A stretch of 64,000 nt of DNA from Bugula neritina (Eukaryota > Animalia > Bryozoa): contig OZ037765.1 in the NCBI GenBank assembly GCA_964035545.1, positions 3,534,001 to 3,598,000 on the forward strand, read 5' to 3'. The notes below the pieces were generated by a model that was not told where the DNA came from, searched no databases, and saw nothing but the letters and a program-made list of their open reading frames with translations. The translations under genes and the position numbers were made by a program. Below, in pieces: positions 49,301-62,884 of the stretch. The stretch's first letter is position 1. The number at the start of each line of letters is the position of its first letter.

Positions 49301-52300
49301 AGTGGCTAGATTGCAGTTCATCTTCAAATGTACATTCCTAGCAGAAATGAATTTTTTATCTCATCAATATCCAATAAGCAAGGAGTGATATGGTGAGATC
49401 ATTAGGATCTATTTGAAGTGGTTGTCATGACAACCACAGGGTGACATCCTCTAGCCACGTATATAAATACTTATTTTAGAATAATAATCTGCATGATGTA
49501 TGCAGCTACATGACCGTATTACAGCATCCCTAGTCCTATGTTGAACAGCTGCACCATCTGCTAGTAACTGCATTTCCAGCACAGCTGCAGTGGTGAATAC
49601 ATACTTGCTTTCCTATGTTACTTAGGTTTCATAGTAGGCTGGAGCCATTGAAGGTTGCTGAATACAAAGCAAAAAAGGTTTTATTTTTGCCTTTCTAGTT
49701 TCACAGAAAAATCTAGATTGTGGGACAAGCAGCTTTCCTCTACTCTTTGATTAGTAGCTGATTGTTACACAACCTTTCAGTTGAAAAAAGACTTAGCTCT
49801 ATATAAAAGCACTACAGCCACGATGATTGATATAAGAATTACATTCACTGGTTGAATGGCTGTTTCATTATACAAATTCTTGTATGCTGAAGTTCACATT
49901 CTAATGATACCTTGTAGAGGGGGTGTAGCCTTATGTCTAAGTCAACAAGGACGCAGAAATGGCGAGGCGTTGATTAGATTTGAGGATGTAGAGAGTAGAG
50001 ATCTGGCGCTAAAGAAGCACAAGCATCACCTTGGCAACAGATACATAGAAGTGTACAAAGCATCCGGTCGGGACTTTCTCAATGTCGCCGGAGGTTAGTC
50101 ACATGACCTCTCGTCCCAAGGGAATTCTGCTTCTCACCAGACAAGTTGTTGGTAACCTTCTGAACTGAAAACTTGTTTGTGGAAAAACAGCGTATAATTC
50201 CTAATGTGTTAACCTAAAATTTTCCTAAACATATCTGTTTTTGAAGTTAGCAGACTAAAATGTCATAATGATTTTGCATTATTTGATGAGTTTTGATAAA
50301 TATATATACACTGTAAACTTTTGCCCCCCCCCCTCACCTAAAATGAACTGCAGGCCTCTAACTTGCAAGCCAGCGTTGCTAAACATTATGCTAAGGGGTG
50401 GGGGGGGGGGCTGGAGTGTTTTAACACCACATACACATTATTTGTGGTGACCCAGTTAGTGTTATTGAATGAAGAACTAAAAAGAGCCACATGTGGAGTT
50501 GTCAGGACATGTAACTGTTGATTAGGAGGGGAAATGTGTGGAGCATTTCATGACTCTTTTCCCCTACTACCAGATTAGCTGTTGGTTAAAAATTATCATT
50601 GGAGGAAATTCAATAAATTTTTCTATAGTACAAAGAATTATCAAAAGTTAAAATACTGTTCATTACTAACTGAAAAGCTAAGTTTATGGAAATTTAATCT
50701 TTGCTAAAGGTAACAGCTATGCAAGCATTAAGAGTTGTCATTCCATTTCATGTGTTGTTTTAGGAAGTAATAGCGAAGCTCAAGCCTTCCTCTCCCGGGG
50801 AGCTCAATGTATTATACGCATGAGAGGATTGCCTTATACAGCCACAGCTGACCAAGTGGTAATTATCTTCCCTTTTTACCGGTTCATTCATAACTGTGAT
50901 ATTGAGGTTTTTTAAACATTACATTGATTCGTTTAAAAGTTGTCTTTTTTAATAGTGTAGAAATTGGCTAAATTTCAACTGTTTAAATCTACATTTAGTC
51001 AATATTGACCTGTTGTAAAATGATTAATATGATCCCCCCTTTGATATAACTGACTGATGGAGATTATTCACCATAATATAAATACTGTAATATGTAGTCT
51101 ACATACAGTTTAAGTGACTTTATTTAAAATAATTTGCAGAAGATAACTTGAAAATTTATTTTGTTTCAACAGCTCACACCTCGAGGTTCTAGCCTCAGGT
51201 TTACTATGAACTGCTGCTTTCTTTTAGATGTGTTCTGTGTGAATAGGTAGGTTATTGAGACCAGCGTGACCACGGTCTGGGTTAAGGATGTATACTGCAG
51301 AGAGTAGTGGGAATGTGATAATCTAGGTGGTGATAACTTCAAATTATTACATAATTTTATGTCAAGGGAAAGTAATTGATTAGTGTGATAGGTAGAGTGC
51401 TGGCTGCTATTCAGCTGGGCTTTGGGTAATATCGGTGTTTGGGACAAAACGTACCTCCCTCAGGTACAGCATACCTGGCATAATTCTAGTTGCAATGTAT
51501 TTCCTGTATATATTAGATGGTTGCTATGGTGATATGGCACCATTGGATATACAAAGTAAAGCCTTAATATCACGTGATTGGTGTAGTGGTAGCGGGACTT
51601 GTTGCAATTCATTTCACCCACCCCGATTGTGATGGGTCAACAGGTACACTCCACGGCAGCAGGGTACGGGTAGACTAATCTGTAGCCTGGGGTGCTGCCG
51701 CACTTTGCTTTATTAGATGTTACATTGTAGTGTGATTTACACTTCTGCAGCGGCTGTGGTGAAGTAATTATATTTCTGTTGCCTCCTATGTACACGCGCT
51801 GTCGCTGGTTTGGGATTACTGATTGGTAATTTTCTCGATTGGTGTTGTGGTTGGAGATTCGGATTGGTTTCCACTTTATTACATAATTTTACTTTGTATG
51901 ACTTTTTCTGAAAACTCCCTCTGCTACCTTATAATAAAGTTTCACTAAAATCTGTCTGATGATCACTTCAGTGTGAATGCGTGTGAAATGGTCATATCAT
52001 TTCTATTTTTAAATCTGAACTATAAAACAGTTGAACAAATCAAGTTCATTGGAAATTTTTTATTTCAATTTTAAAAGTATCAATGAATTGTTTAATAATA
52101 TGATAAATTATTTAGATAGACTTTTCAATAAGTTAATTTTAAATACATTTTAGAGTTGTATTATTTAGCTGATGCTATGCATTCACTCAACTATTAAACC
52201 AACACTTTCACACTACGCAGGGTAGTCCTTAATCTAAACTCTAAGCAATATAATAGGTGCTACTGTAGCTAAAAGTAAACCTATTGTGACCAAAGGATGT

Positions 52301-55300
52301 TGGTGCTGTAAAAGTTCAAACACCTATAAGACATGCTATCTCACACTTCTGTACTAGACTTTACAAACTAGATTTCTCATTTCATAAGACATTAGATAAT
52401 AAAATAATAATACATTTAAATTGTTTCTTAAAACTTTAATTTAGAAGAATTAAAGGAGTCAATACAATATAACATGTCTTTAGCAGTCAAGTGAATAAAT
52501 AAATAGACTTTGGAATTCATCAGGTTACTGCAGTACACTGCTGGGAAATAAACCTTACTAGCAACTCTACGTTCTTGATAGAACCTCATCCAAGTCTCTT
52601 CTCTCTGCATACTGCGCAGCTTTCATCACACTATTGTGTCATTTAGTCTCAACTGAGAAACTAACAACACATTGCCATTGTCATCACCACACAGCTGTCC
52701 TATCCGGGTGTCATGTTGAAGAGTGCTGTCTGGGTGTGCAAGGCTCGTCTGTGGTGATTGTTTTCCTGTCACCAGCCAGAAGCTGCTGACAGCGTCTATC
52801 TGCTGCTGACAGCGTCTATCTGCTGCTATGTGTAGCTGTCGTCTGCTATTGTTTCAGTTGGAGTTCTTCGCTACTGGCGATAAGTCAGTGGACGTCTTAC
52901 AAGGCAAGGATGGAATTATGTTTGTCCACCAGGTGGATGGTAGAGCTACAGGTGACGCGTTTGTACTGTTTGCCACTGATGAAGACGCCAATGTAGCTCT
53001 GAGTAAGCATAGAAACCTCATTGGTACGCGATACATTGAGCTCTTCAAGAGCACCACTGCTGAGGTGCAACAGGTTAGTACTTGAATTTATTTATTTATT
53101 GTTGATTTTTGATGTAGTTGATGTTTAAATACAGACTGCTTTGGCTATAATGATAGCTGTTGGGGTAGATTGTCATAGATTTTGCACAGAGGGTTTTGCT
53201 GCAATATTTTAAAATTATTTTTGAAATAAATTTTTAGGATTTGTTTCAAAATGAATGAAACTTTTTGAGTTTTGCTCTTCTTGGGAAAAACTAAAACACA
53301 TATTTTAACTTAGTTTTGTTCAGGGTTATCTTCTCTGTAATGTGTTCATACTGCAATTTAATTACATCAAGGAACACGTTGCTTTGCATATTAATTATCA
53401 TCTCAACTTTTTCAACAATATAATCACCAAATGGAGTAGGGAAAAATACCTAAAGTTACAGTAATGTATGTTATAGTAAATTAACAAAAAAAATATTATG
53501 CTGTTTGCTACCATACAACTTTGCTTATTGCTTACATCATTTACATACCTCATCAGTAGAATTTGGTTATTTGTTGTGTAGGTTTTACTCTCCAAACAAT
53601 TTTGACAGGTCTTAAATAGAACGATGGAACCCCAGACACGCAACACACCCCCTACTGGAGAGCAACTTGCCTTTCCACCACTAGGCCTCCCCCAAATGAA
53701 CCCCATCAGTCCACCTCTGATGTCCTTCTTGCCCACCCAGGCAGCAGCTCCCATGCCCCCGACAGGGCTACTGGCAGGGGGCGCTGTCAGGGACTGTATT
53801 CGGCTGAGGGGACTTCTGTTTGAGGCAACCGTGACAGACATTCTAAACTTCCTGGGGGAACATTCTAGAAACATTGTGTACAAGGGAGTTCACATGGTGT
53901 ACAGTGCAGCTGTAAGTCATATTCCTTCACAGCAATTTTACAATTAAATACTTTAATTTAGGTATTTGTTATAAATTTATTTCTGAAGCAACTTTTGCAA
54001 AATAAGTTCAAATAAACATTTTATGTAAATAAATAGTTGTCTTCTCTTTCCACTTGCTGTATAGTCAATACCTCAGCTTACAGCTGCTGTACTTCTTGAA
54101 GGGCACTTTCTCCGGCGAGGCCTTCATACAGATGGACTCTGAACAGGCTGCCGAGGCGGTCGCTGCCAACAGACACAAGAAGTTCATGCTGCTGCCGGGA
54201 CCAACTGGCCCCAGGAAGAGGTACATAGAGGTGTTCCAGTGCTCCAGCGCTGACATGTCTGTCGTTCTGGCCAACCCAGAGCTGCCGACTAACCTGCAGC
54301 TGCCTGCCATGAATCTCTCCCCCCACACTCCTGGATTCAGCGGTGCCCTCCCCCCTGTAGTTAATCTCACACCACCGGGACTCTCGGCTCAAACGTCACC
54401 TCAGCAAGGCTCCCCTCCTATGATGGCTGGAGCACCCCCACCCACACAACCGCCCTCAGCTTTCCTCCCCCAGCTTCAGCAACTGCCACAGTTATTCCAG
54501 CAACCCCAGCCCAGGGCTCAGCTAGTCTCTCATGGTAAGATAGGACAATGTACGGGGGGGGGGGGGTATATTCTATTCAATGTGCTAACCTCTCAGCACC
54601 AAACATGCACTGCCAGTCTTGTTGGCAGAGATGATGCTATATAGTCAGTTCTAGAAATGTTATCGAAGGTGCTAATTGAAACTGGTATATTTGAATTTAA
54701 ATTTGGTGGGGAAATTATTTTAATATATGGAGAAAAGTGACAATAAAATTCCGTCTTTAAAAACCTCACATTTGTTTAAACAAAGCCTTATGATACCCAC
54801 AATATCTACCTAATGTGCAATATGCTTGTATTAAAGTCGAGGTTTGCGGCAAATTATGTTACACTGAGAAAAGTGACGTTAAATATTTACTGTAAAGTTT
54901 TTACTTATGAAAGTTAGTGGTGTTCGCATCTTCCACTTACCTTATTATTACCTTCAAGCACCTTATTCTAATGTATTGTAGGAGGTGCCACTATGCCAAG
55001 TAATACAGGTGCTCTGATGACCACACTAGGTGCTTACCCGCTGCCAGCCGTGTCAACAGCTGCAGCAGCGCAACAACCCGTTCTTCAGCAGCAACTTCTG
55101 GCCCAGTTGGCGCAGCAGCAGTTTCTGTTGGCCAGTCACCAACCCACCTTTCCTCAGATGCCGGCTGGTGTTCAACGCCCGGTTGTCCCGGGACTATTTG
55201 GGGCGTCCCCTATGCTCTACTACTACCCCAGCCCACCCCTGTCTCCCCAGAACTACTTCACCCCAGCAGCTGCTGTGGCTGGTGAGCTAGTATGTTACTT

Positions 55301-55578
55301 CAGCTAATTTCTCGGCACACAGGTTACACTCTTGATATTTGTAATCTCTCACTGAGTCGGCTGCTGCATACAATGTTGTGTAAATATTTGTCGGCTAACC
55401 GTTTCCTGTGTAAATGTGTTTTAACATTTCAATGATGTATAAGTAATGGTGCATCTATAACTCATGAATGATTAGCTGTTAATCGAAAGTCACATTCTCT
55501 AACATTGCGTACAATGATGCAGGTGCAGGCGCCCCAAGAACTGCAGAAACAATAGTGGCCAGTCAAGAAAGGTGGTGA
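40317..55578 (+). CDS. ESRP: Epithelial splicing regulatory protein (ESRP/fusilli): DnaQ-like N-domain, 3 quasi-RRMs, Pro/Gln tail; 13 exons, ~777 aa
   Basis: Exons 40317-40448, 42976-43119, 44335-44557, 45127-45216, 47603-47657, 48619-48729, 49918-50093, 50764-50858, 52858-53073, 53609-53911, 54102-54534, 54982-55281, 55523-55578 (sum 2334 nt). Motifs [107 protein letters not shown] and YYPSPP.SP. The last exon is less certain. Confidence 0.93.
44558..45126 (+). other. U12-type (minor spliceosome) GT-AG intron of ESRP
   Basis: 5' site GTATCCTTT; branch point TTCCTTAAC (45107-45115) lies 11 nt before the end of the 3' CAG with no polypyrimidine tract. The phase-1 join restores the reading frame (MLE-F-LSIDAD). 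Confidence 0.9.
48730..49070 (+). repeat. Degenerate ~21-23-bp repeat containing many GTAAGT copies, starting at the ESRP exon-6 donor
   Basis: GTAAGTTAATTCACTGA at 48730 and 48990; about ten GTAAGT hexamers in ~300 bp. Confidence 0.7.
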
Positions 55579-58091
55579 AAGAAAGAGATAAATTCCTGAA
55601 TGTTATATATCGGGATTTGTCTTTCTTTTACAACTGAAGTATCGTATGTGGAAACTATTCTCCATTCCTCCATATTGCAACAGAGTAGAGATTTAGTACT
55701 TATTTTAAGTTATCGGCATAACCATTCCTAACATTTATCATATCCGTATTTTATTATATTTAATATATTAATTAGTATTTAGCCTGTGGATGCCTGTGCA
55801 ATCGCATAGATTTATGGGGTGGCAAAGCACCCTACTCCTAGTCAATCTCTACCGCATAGTTACGTTTGCACATAATAGTTGTATCTACTTTCATACTAGT
55901 TATTCTAAAGTCATAAATGCATTTCATTTTTTAAAATATTCTACAATATTTTTTGTCTCCTAATGACAGCTTTTATTTTAATATTTTATTCAAGAGGAAA
56001 GATTTATCATACATGCACATGTATATAATTATAGTTTTTGCTGAAACATTATTTTGCAAAGGTACATCTTCAAGCGTTCTAGTCGCTCGTGAATATTTGT
56101 TGGTGCTTACACACTAAGTATTTTTGCTGCGCATTTTGCTCAATTGTTTATGTTTTACCAGTTTTTGTTGTTGAGTCAGTATGACTAAGCCTGTGCTAAT
56201 TTTAAGACCCGAAACGAAATCTCATGCCACTACTTTTATATTTTTAAAAGTTGTAACTTTTTACCTGCTGAATTAGACGGATTCTATCATCAGCGGCCAT
56301 CTTGGCAGCTGATGATTAATAAAATCTTCAAGTCATGTCAGTTCAGATGGTATTGAGTAAGTGGCCCAGAAGCACGTGGTGACAGCAAACACTTGATTGG
56401 ATGATTGCTCGCTGACTGGTGAGCAGTAATGGTTGCGGCTATGCTGACTGTATTCTCTTCCCACTCGCTGACGTTATCCTAAGCTTTGTTACTGCAGACG
56501 CTGTGCTGATGATTATGTAGTTTAGTGGTGATAGTGCCTAATATTAGCTCTTTTAATACCAACACTTGTATCATATGCTCACTACTGGTTGTTAATAGCT
56601 GCACTTGGGTTGCTCTGCAATGTTTTATAAGCGATATTTTATCAGCTACAAGTATGAGGATGTGATGCCAGTATTTTTATTATTCTCGATGTATTAATGT
56701 TTAGCTATTATTTTATATACATGTATTTTGCTTCTTCCCATGTGCACAATCTAACGTAATAAACCTGAGATAACATATCGATATACTAATCACTGTGCTT
56801 TGGTGGAGGTTTGGCCAGCGTGGTTTACAATAAGGTTGGGGGTGCCTCAATATCCCACATGGACTGCGAAATTGCAATGCACACAAGCTTTTATTTTTCA
56901 CATTTGTTGATTACTTTTAGACTTTAGTATGGTGTGGTTCCTGAAATTAGCATAAATTTAAACTGTAATTGACTTTCCTACGCTATGCCACAAGGTGATG
57001 GATGTGTAACTTGTATTTTGGTGTTGGTGATGTTGTATTAAAAGGCAACGAGTTATTGTGCCAGTAATTGGTAATGGTTGATACATCATAAGCGTATTTT
57101 TCTGTCTGCATGCTATGTGTGCTAAAAACATTAAAACCAAAATGTTGGGCGGGTTTGGGCTTTCCACTTTTAAACGCTTGTGGATCAGTGAGGGAAAATA
57201 TGCTGGTTGCTATAATGTCAAATATTTTCCAAGATCCAAGGCACTTGGCTTCTCTGTAGTTATTTGCCAACAGCTCCACTTCAATTAATTTGTAAAAAAA
57301 GTATTAGCAACTTCTGTTAAATTTTGAACAAAATTTTCCGTTTAGTTGCACTGAGGGAGGGTGCTGATGACTTATTTTTTAATTGCATGGGAGGATGATT
57401 ACTGGTTATACCTAAAAGCCTGGCATGGTTTAACTAATTCAAACATTTTGATTAACCCAGGCAACAAAGACTTTGGACACAAAGGTTTCCATAACAGCAT
57501 AAAATTGCTAGCGGTCACTCTTCCGTAAACCATATATAGTTCAATTTAACACAGAGCTGTACAATGGTTATAATTAGCTGCTCTCCTCATAGAAATGCAT
57601 GAGCAGCTGTGTGGGGGGCTAGCACAGTACACCCCTTCATAGTAACATAGGTACTCGACTTGAAATATTAAGTAAAATTGATTTTACTGGAGAGGGTGGA
57701 TATGTGGGGCTTCAATGGTACCTTGGAGAATAGTTGCAAAAAAATTCAATTTGCTTCTTTAAACATTACTGATAAAACAATGTGATAAAAACATCACTAT
57801 CCAGTGTATGACATATATTTTATCCATTGAATGAAGCCACTGTTGAGATTAAATTACAAATACAAGACTGTTGAAGAAAAGGCAACTGTGATATAAACAA
57901 GTTTTCTATATAAGCCTGCATATTATGACAATGTTATATAATATAAGGCAACAATAACATACAAGTTTACAACTTTACAATTACTCAACTAAAATAAGTA
58001 AAAATAGACTGGCATCAGTAAGAAATATCTTCAGTACACTTGATACAAGGGTAAATCTTTCAAGTAGATGGAACTCAGGCTAGAGTTAATG

Positions 58092-61000
58092 TCAAGATAG
58101 CGAGGGGTATATGCGAGGAGAGTGTAGTGTCTGCTCAGTGGACTTCTTCACCTGGACTTTAGTAAACTCTGCGTGAGGGAACTTCTGGTGGTACTTGCTT
58201 GACTCCATAAACTTGCACTGCACACAGTCGCCAGTAGCTGCAAACACATGGAAACAATCGCCTTAGTTGAATATCAATTCATCAAACTAAACCTACACAG
58301 CTGTTTATACCAGTTTACTAGAGTGCATTTAGAACCGGCAGGTGAACAACCAAGCAGTGTGAGAGGTGAGCTGTTGGAACGCAGACAAGGAGAAAAAGAT
58401 AGTGCACAAGAATAGTGCCAGAGTAACTGGAAGGTGAAAAGTCTCTTTACCTTCATAGTAAGAACCATTGAGCAGCTGGAAAGCCCTGCCTGCGTGCTTT
58501 CTGGAGGCCAGTTTGATGTAAACACAATTCTGCAAATAGAAGTAAATTAATGTAGCCACTCGGTTAGTCAGTGAAAATAAACTAGAGAGCACAACTCTAA
58601 ACGGGAGAATATATTTTCACTGTCCTGCTTGTTCAGTTTATTTTACTGTAGTTTAAAAAGCAACGTGAGTGGAGACCAGCAGCTGATGAAAAACACGTTT
58701 TCAACAAGACAGGAGTAATTGAATGTAGAAAAAGAAGCTCCTGTAGACACAGGCGATTTTGGAAGAGCAACTCCCATCTTAGCAAGCTTGAAATATTTGT
58801 CCTCTAACAGCTGTCACACTTCCTATGATTTAAGACCCAATAATTCTATCCAACACAGCGTAAAATATACTCTACTATGTAGAAGTACGATATGTTCTAC
58901 TATAAAAACGTATAATAATTTAACCTCCAATAGCCCATCCATAAAGCCCTTTCACCTTCTTATATAGCATGGAAAATAGTTCCCTGATACATGCATCTTT
59001 ACATTAGACAGATCTGTTAATCCTGAAATTGTCTGATAATATGGAAAGAGGTAGCAGAATATATTTTACTAATTAAAACTTGGAGCAAATTAGTAGACCC
59101 TTGAATGGTATGACAAGAGTCGTCTACCCTACAAACACCTGCCATCACCTGCTATTACTTGTTGTCACATACCTCATTGAGTTCATCTCCAATAGCAATG
59201 TGCACAACACCGTGGTCAGGCTCCAGTCTCTCCAGAATGTCATCCTGAATCCGCAGCACCCACTCAGTCCCGACTACCCTGCAATACAACCACACTACAA
59301 CCCTGCAATACAACCACACTACAACCCTGCAATACAACCACACTACAACCCTGCAATACAACCATACTACAACCCTGTAATACAACCACACTACTACCCT
59401 GTAATACAACCACACTACAACCCTGCAATACAACCACACTGCAACCCTGCAATACAACCACATTACAACCCTGCAATACAACCACACTACTACCCTGTAA
59501 TACAACCACACTACTACCCTGCAATACAACCACATTACAACCCTGCAATACAACCACACTACAACCCTGCAATACAACCACACTACAACCCTGCAATACA
59601 ACCACACTACAACCCTGCAATACAACCACACTACAACCCTGCAATACAACCACACTACAACCCTGCAATACAACCACACTACTACCCTGCAATACAACCA
59701 CACTACAACCCTGCAATACAACCACACTACAACCCTGTAATATAACCACACGTGTCCGATACAAATCCCCATCTCAAGTCATTCGTTGCAATAACCTTCC
59801 CCGAGACGATTCACGAGCCATCCTCGTTGTTTTGACATACGATAGACGATCACGAGTCGCAATCTCGTGTATTTAAAATTTGATGCCAAAACAAAACTCT
59901 ATCCAAAATAACCCTGGCAGACATATACACAGTGAGACACAAACCATTTGGAACTTGATCACACAATTACAAAAATGTACTGTATTTGAGAATATATGAG
60001 CTGTGGTATAAGGGCCACAGGCACTTGTCTAGCATGACACTAGGTGTGTTGGGCAGGTAGTCCCAAAACCAGAAAAGTTATTGGTGAAGACAGAGAATAT
60101 CTGGTTTTAATCGCCCAGCCCTAACACCAGATTCTAAGAGATTCTGTTTACACACAAATGCAACAATTGAACATATTAATTTAACTGCAAGGAGCCGCAT
60201 TCGTAAAATTTATGAGTTGATTTTCAATAAAAAACTATAAGCTTACAAGACAGCGTTCCACCATAAGAGGACAATACTAAAATCCACCAGCAAAGACACA
60301 CTGACAAGGATAGACAACTGTTACCAACACCTACTTTCTCCTGTCAAACATTCCTCTTATCTTGAGGCAATGTTTTGGGGTAAAGTTGAGTTTCTGTGTC
60401 ATGGCGTCTCTCAGAGCCGTGCCTAACCAGCGGCTGCGACCACTTCCTGGGGAGGTCTTCGGGTCTGTCGACTACAAGAATGCATTACTATTGTGAGTAA
60501 TGCACCACTAGTCTGAATATTGAACAGTGAGCCTGAATACATCACTGTCCCAACATTCAGTGACAATTACAGTTAAATAATTACACAGTGTCATTCAGTG
60601 AGTAGCTGGAACATGTGACTAAAGGTGGAATTGACTACATGACCTTCTATAATCTAGATAATCTTGTAGTTGATCAACATTGGTATTTAATTATTGCACA
60701 AGATTCCTGCATACTATTTTCTTAGTTATGCTTTCCCTCAGTCCTGTACAATAATAACATTTCACATATTTACTCTGACAAAGACAAATGATCAGCAAAA
60801 TAAAATTAAAATGCATGTTGTTATTCATATCCGAAATGAATTCATTTTTTACACTGCAGCACCTGCATATTGGTCTACACATACTTGACTATACACAGCA
60901 ACTACAAGACATACTGTATAGTGAATCATCTCCTGTAGCACCTGGCCGACAGGTGAAGTCAATACCTCACATATGGCAGAGTTGCCAGAGCAATGCCACT

Positions 61001-62875
61001 ATCACGAGATACTGACTGGTTCATACACAGTTATTAGCCAGCCCCATGTTATGATTTTCTCATATAAACAGAATCTCTTTCTTTTACTATCTGTTAGAAT
61101 GTGAAAATAATTGAGTGTTTTGATAACAATTGAAAATGTACCTTTGCGATATCATAATACTGAGGGAATATTTGAAGGGAGCACAAAGCACGTACTGCTG
61201 GCCCTGTGCACCACTGAGCCACCAGTAACTTGGGATTTGCCTCGGTTAATCTATTTTTCATACGAATTTTATGTACAAAAAAAATTTGAAGGTCATTTGA
61301 CAGCCATCATCTTTATGCATTATTAAAAAGCTTGAGATTTCCTTATTTTAACCAGGCATGTGTTCTACCATACAGCAAGATAAAGATAACAAGGAACCAT
61401 TCCATTCGCACTCAAGTACCTCCCTACATCTTGCTGATGGCTAGTCAACTCAGTAAATCTTAAAATTTCTGATATAAAACGGCAGGAGGGCTTTAAAGGT
61501 CAAGTAATGTGACCTTTAGTCGATCAGAAATAATATTTGGTAAAAAAGAGATCACATTTATTACACATTCATCAATAAAATTATGCATCAACTTACGAGT
61601 CGTTGGGTATGCATCTACCATAACTTTCAAGTTACAAACTAATGTCTTTATTTAACTTAAAATAAAATACTTTTATTATTTGCGGACTTGTTACATTATA
61701 GAATGCATTTAGATCCATTAAAATCCTGCAAGGACTTGCCGACACTAGCATATAACACACACCTGCAAGGACTTGCCGACACTAGCATATAATACAGACC
61801 TGCAAGCACCTGCTGACACTAGTACATAATACACACCTGCTGACACTAGTATATAATACACACCTTCAAGCACCTGCTGAAATTAGTATATAATACACAC
61901 CTGCTGACACTAGTATATAATACACACCTGCTGACACTAGTATATGATACACACCTGCTGACACTAGTACATAATACACACCTGCTGACACTAGTACATA
62001 ATACACACCTGCTGATACTAGTATATAAAACACACCTGCTGATACTAGTATATAATACACACCTTCAAGCACCTGCCGACACTAGTATATAATACACACC
62101 TGCTGACATTAGTATATAATACACACCTGCTGACACTAGTATATAATACACACCTGCAGGCACCTGCTGACACTAGTATATAATACACACCTGCAAGCAC
62201 CTGCTGACACTAGTATATAATACACACCTGCAAGCACCTGCTGACACTAGTATATAATACACACCTGCAAGCACCTGCTGACACTAGTATATAATACACA
62301 CCTGCAAGCACCTGCTGACACTAGTATATAATACACACCTGCAGCCATCTCCACACAAGGTACTCTTCACCTTGCACCTGCTGTAGCTCCTCTCTCACCC
62401 TCGACTCATTCTCCTTCATATGCCTCACCACTCTGGCCCACACACCCCTCATTGCATTCCTACAAATATAGCAGAGTACACATAACAAGTTGAACCTCAA
62501 GACAATATAAAAACAAAGTTGCTATTTTGCAGTTTGTGCTACATGAAAGACACGATGGAATAAACTTTCTAAGAAACATGCAAGACAGTGAGCTGATTTT
62601 CCACATATCAGCACAACTCTACAGTTAGGTAACTTTGTTAGAATCGACAGATGTTATGCCATGAGAGTTCTACCACTGTTACTAATATAAACTGTGGCAA
62701 CAGAGCAGAAAGAAAGTAGAAACAAATAGGAGAAACTTGCAAGTTTACAAATTGCTAGTGCAAATATTTCACCTGTCGGGAGGATTGATCAGAGTGTCGT
62801 GTACGTGGCTGATGGCAAGGTAGGGCTTCTCGTCAGGGTTGTCTTTACTGAGGGCCAGCTGACTCTCCAGCATAT
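58092..62875 (-). CDS. LEMD3: Inner nuclear membrane protein MAN1/LEMD3, 3' portion (winged-helix end plus UHM/RRM); the 5' part lies beyond the window
   Basis: Exons 62875-62773 (PYLAISHVHDTLINPPDR), 62459-62339 (VWARVV...NESRVR...GEEYLVWRWLQ), 60471-60335 (HCLKIRGMFD), 59278-59173 (W...IQDDILE...GVVHIAI), 58529-58451 (CVYIK...AGRAF.LLNGSYYE) and 58237-58092 (YHQKFP...*). Phases are consistent, and the UHM distinguishes it from LEMD2. Confidence 0.9.
59274..59750. repeat. 24-bp minisatellite, ~20 copies, overlapping a MAN1 splice acceptor
   Basis: Unit (A/T)ACCCTG(C/T)AATACAACCACACTAC. Confidence 0.97.
61724..62343. repeat. 27/37-bp minisatellite, ~19 units, overlapping a MAN1 splice donor
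   Basis: Core CACCTGCTGACACTAGTATATAATACA with an optional 10-bp CACCTGCAAG subunit. Confidence 0.95.
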
Positions 62876-62884
62876 CTACAGTGT

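Noticed and set aside
50323-50411. Small element bounded by poly-C and poly-G tracts
   Set aside because: The inverted match is limited to homopolymers and there is no TSD, so it cannot be called a MITE.
59080-59772. 221-aa (PAIQPHYN)n and 166-aa repeat ORFs as independent genes
   Set aside because: By-products of a stop-free 24-bp repeat; only the MAN1 frame has homology support.
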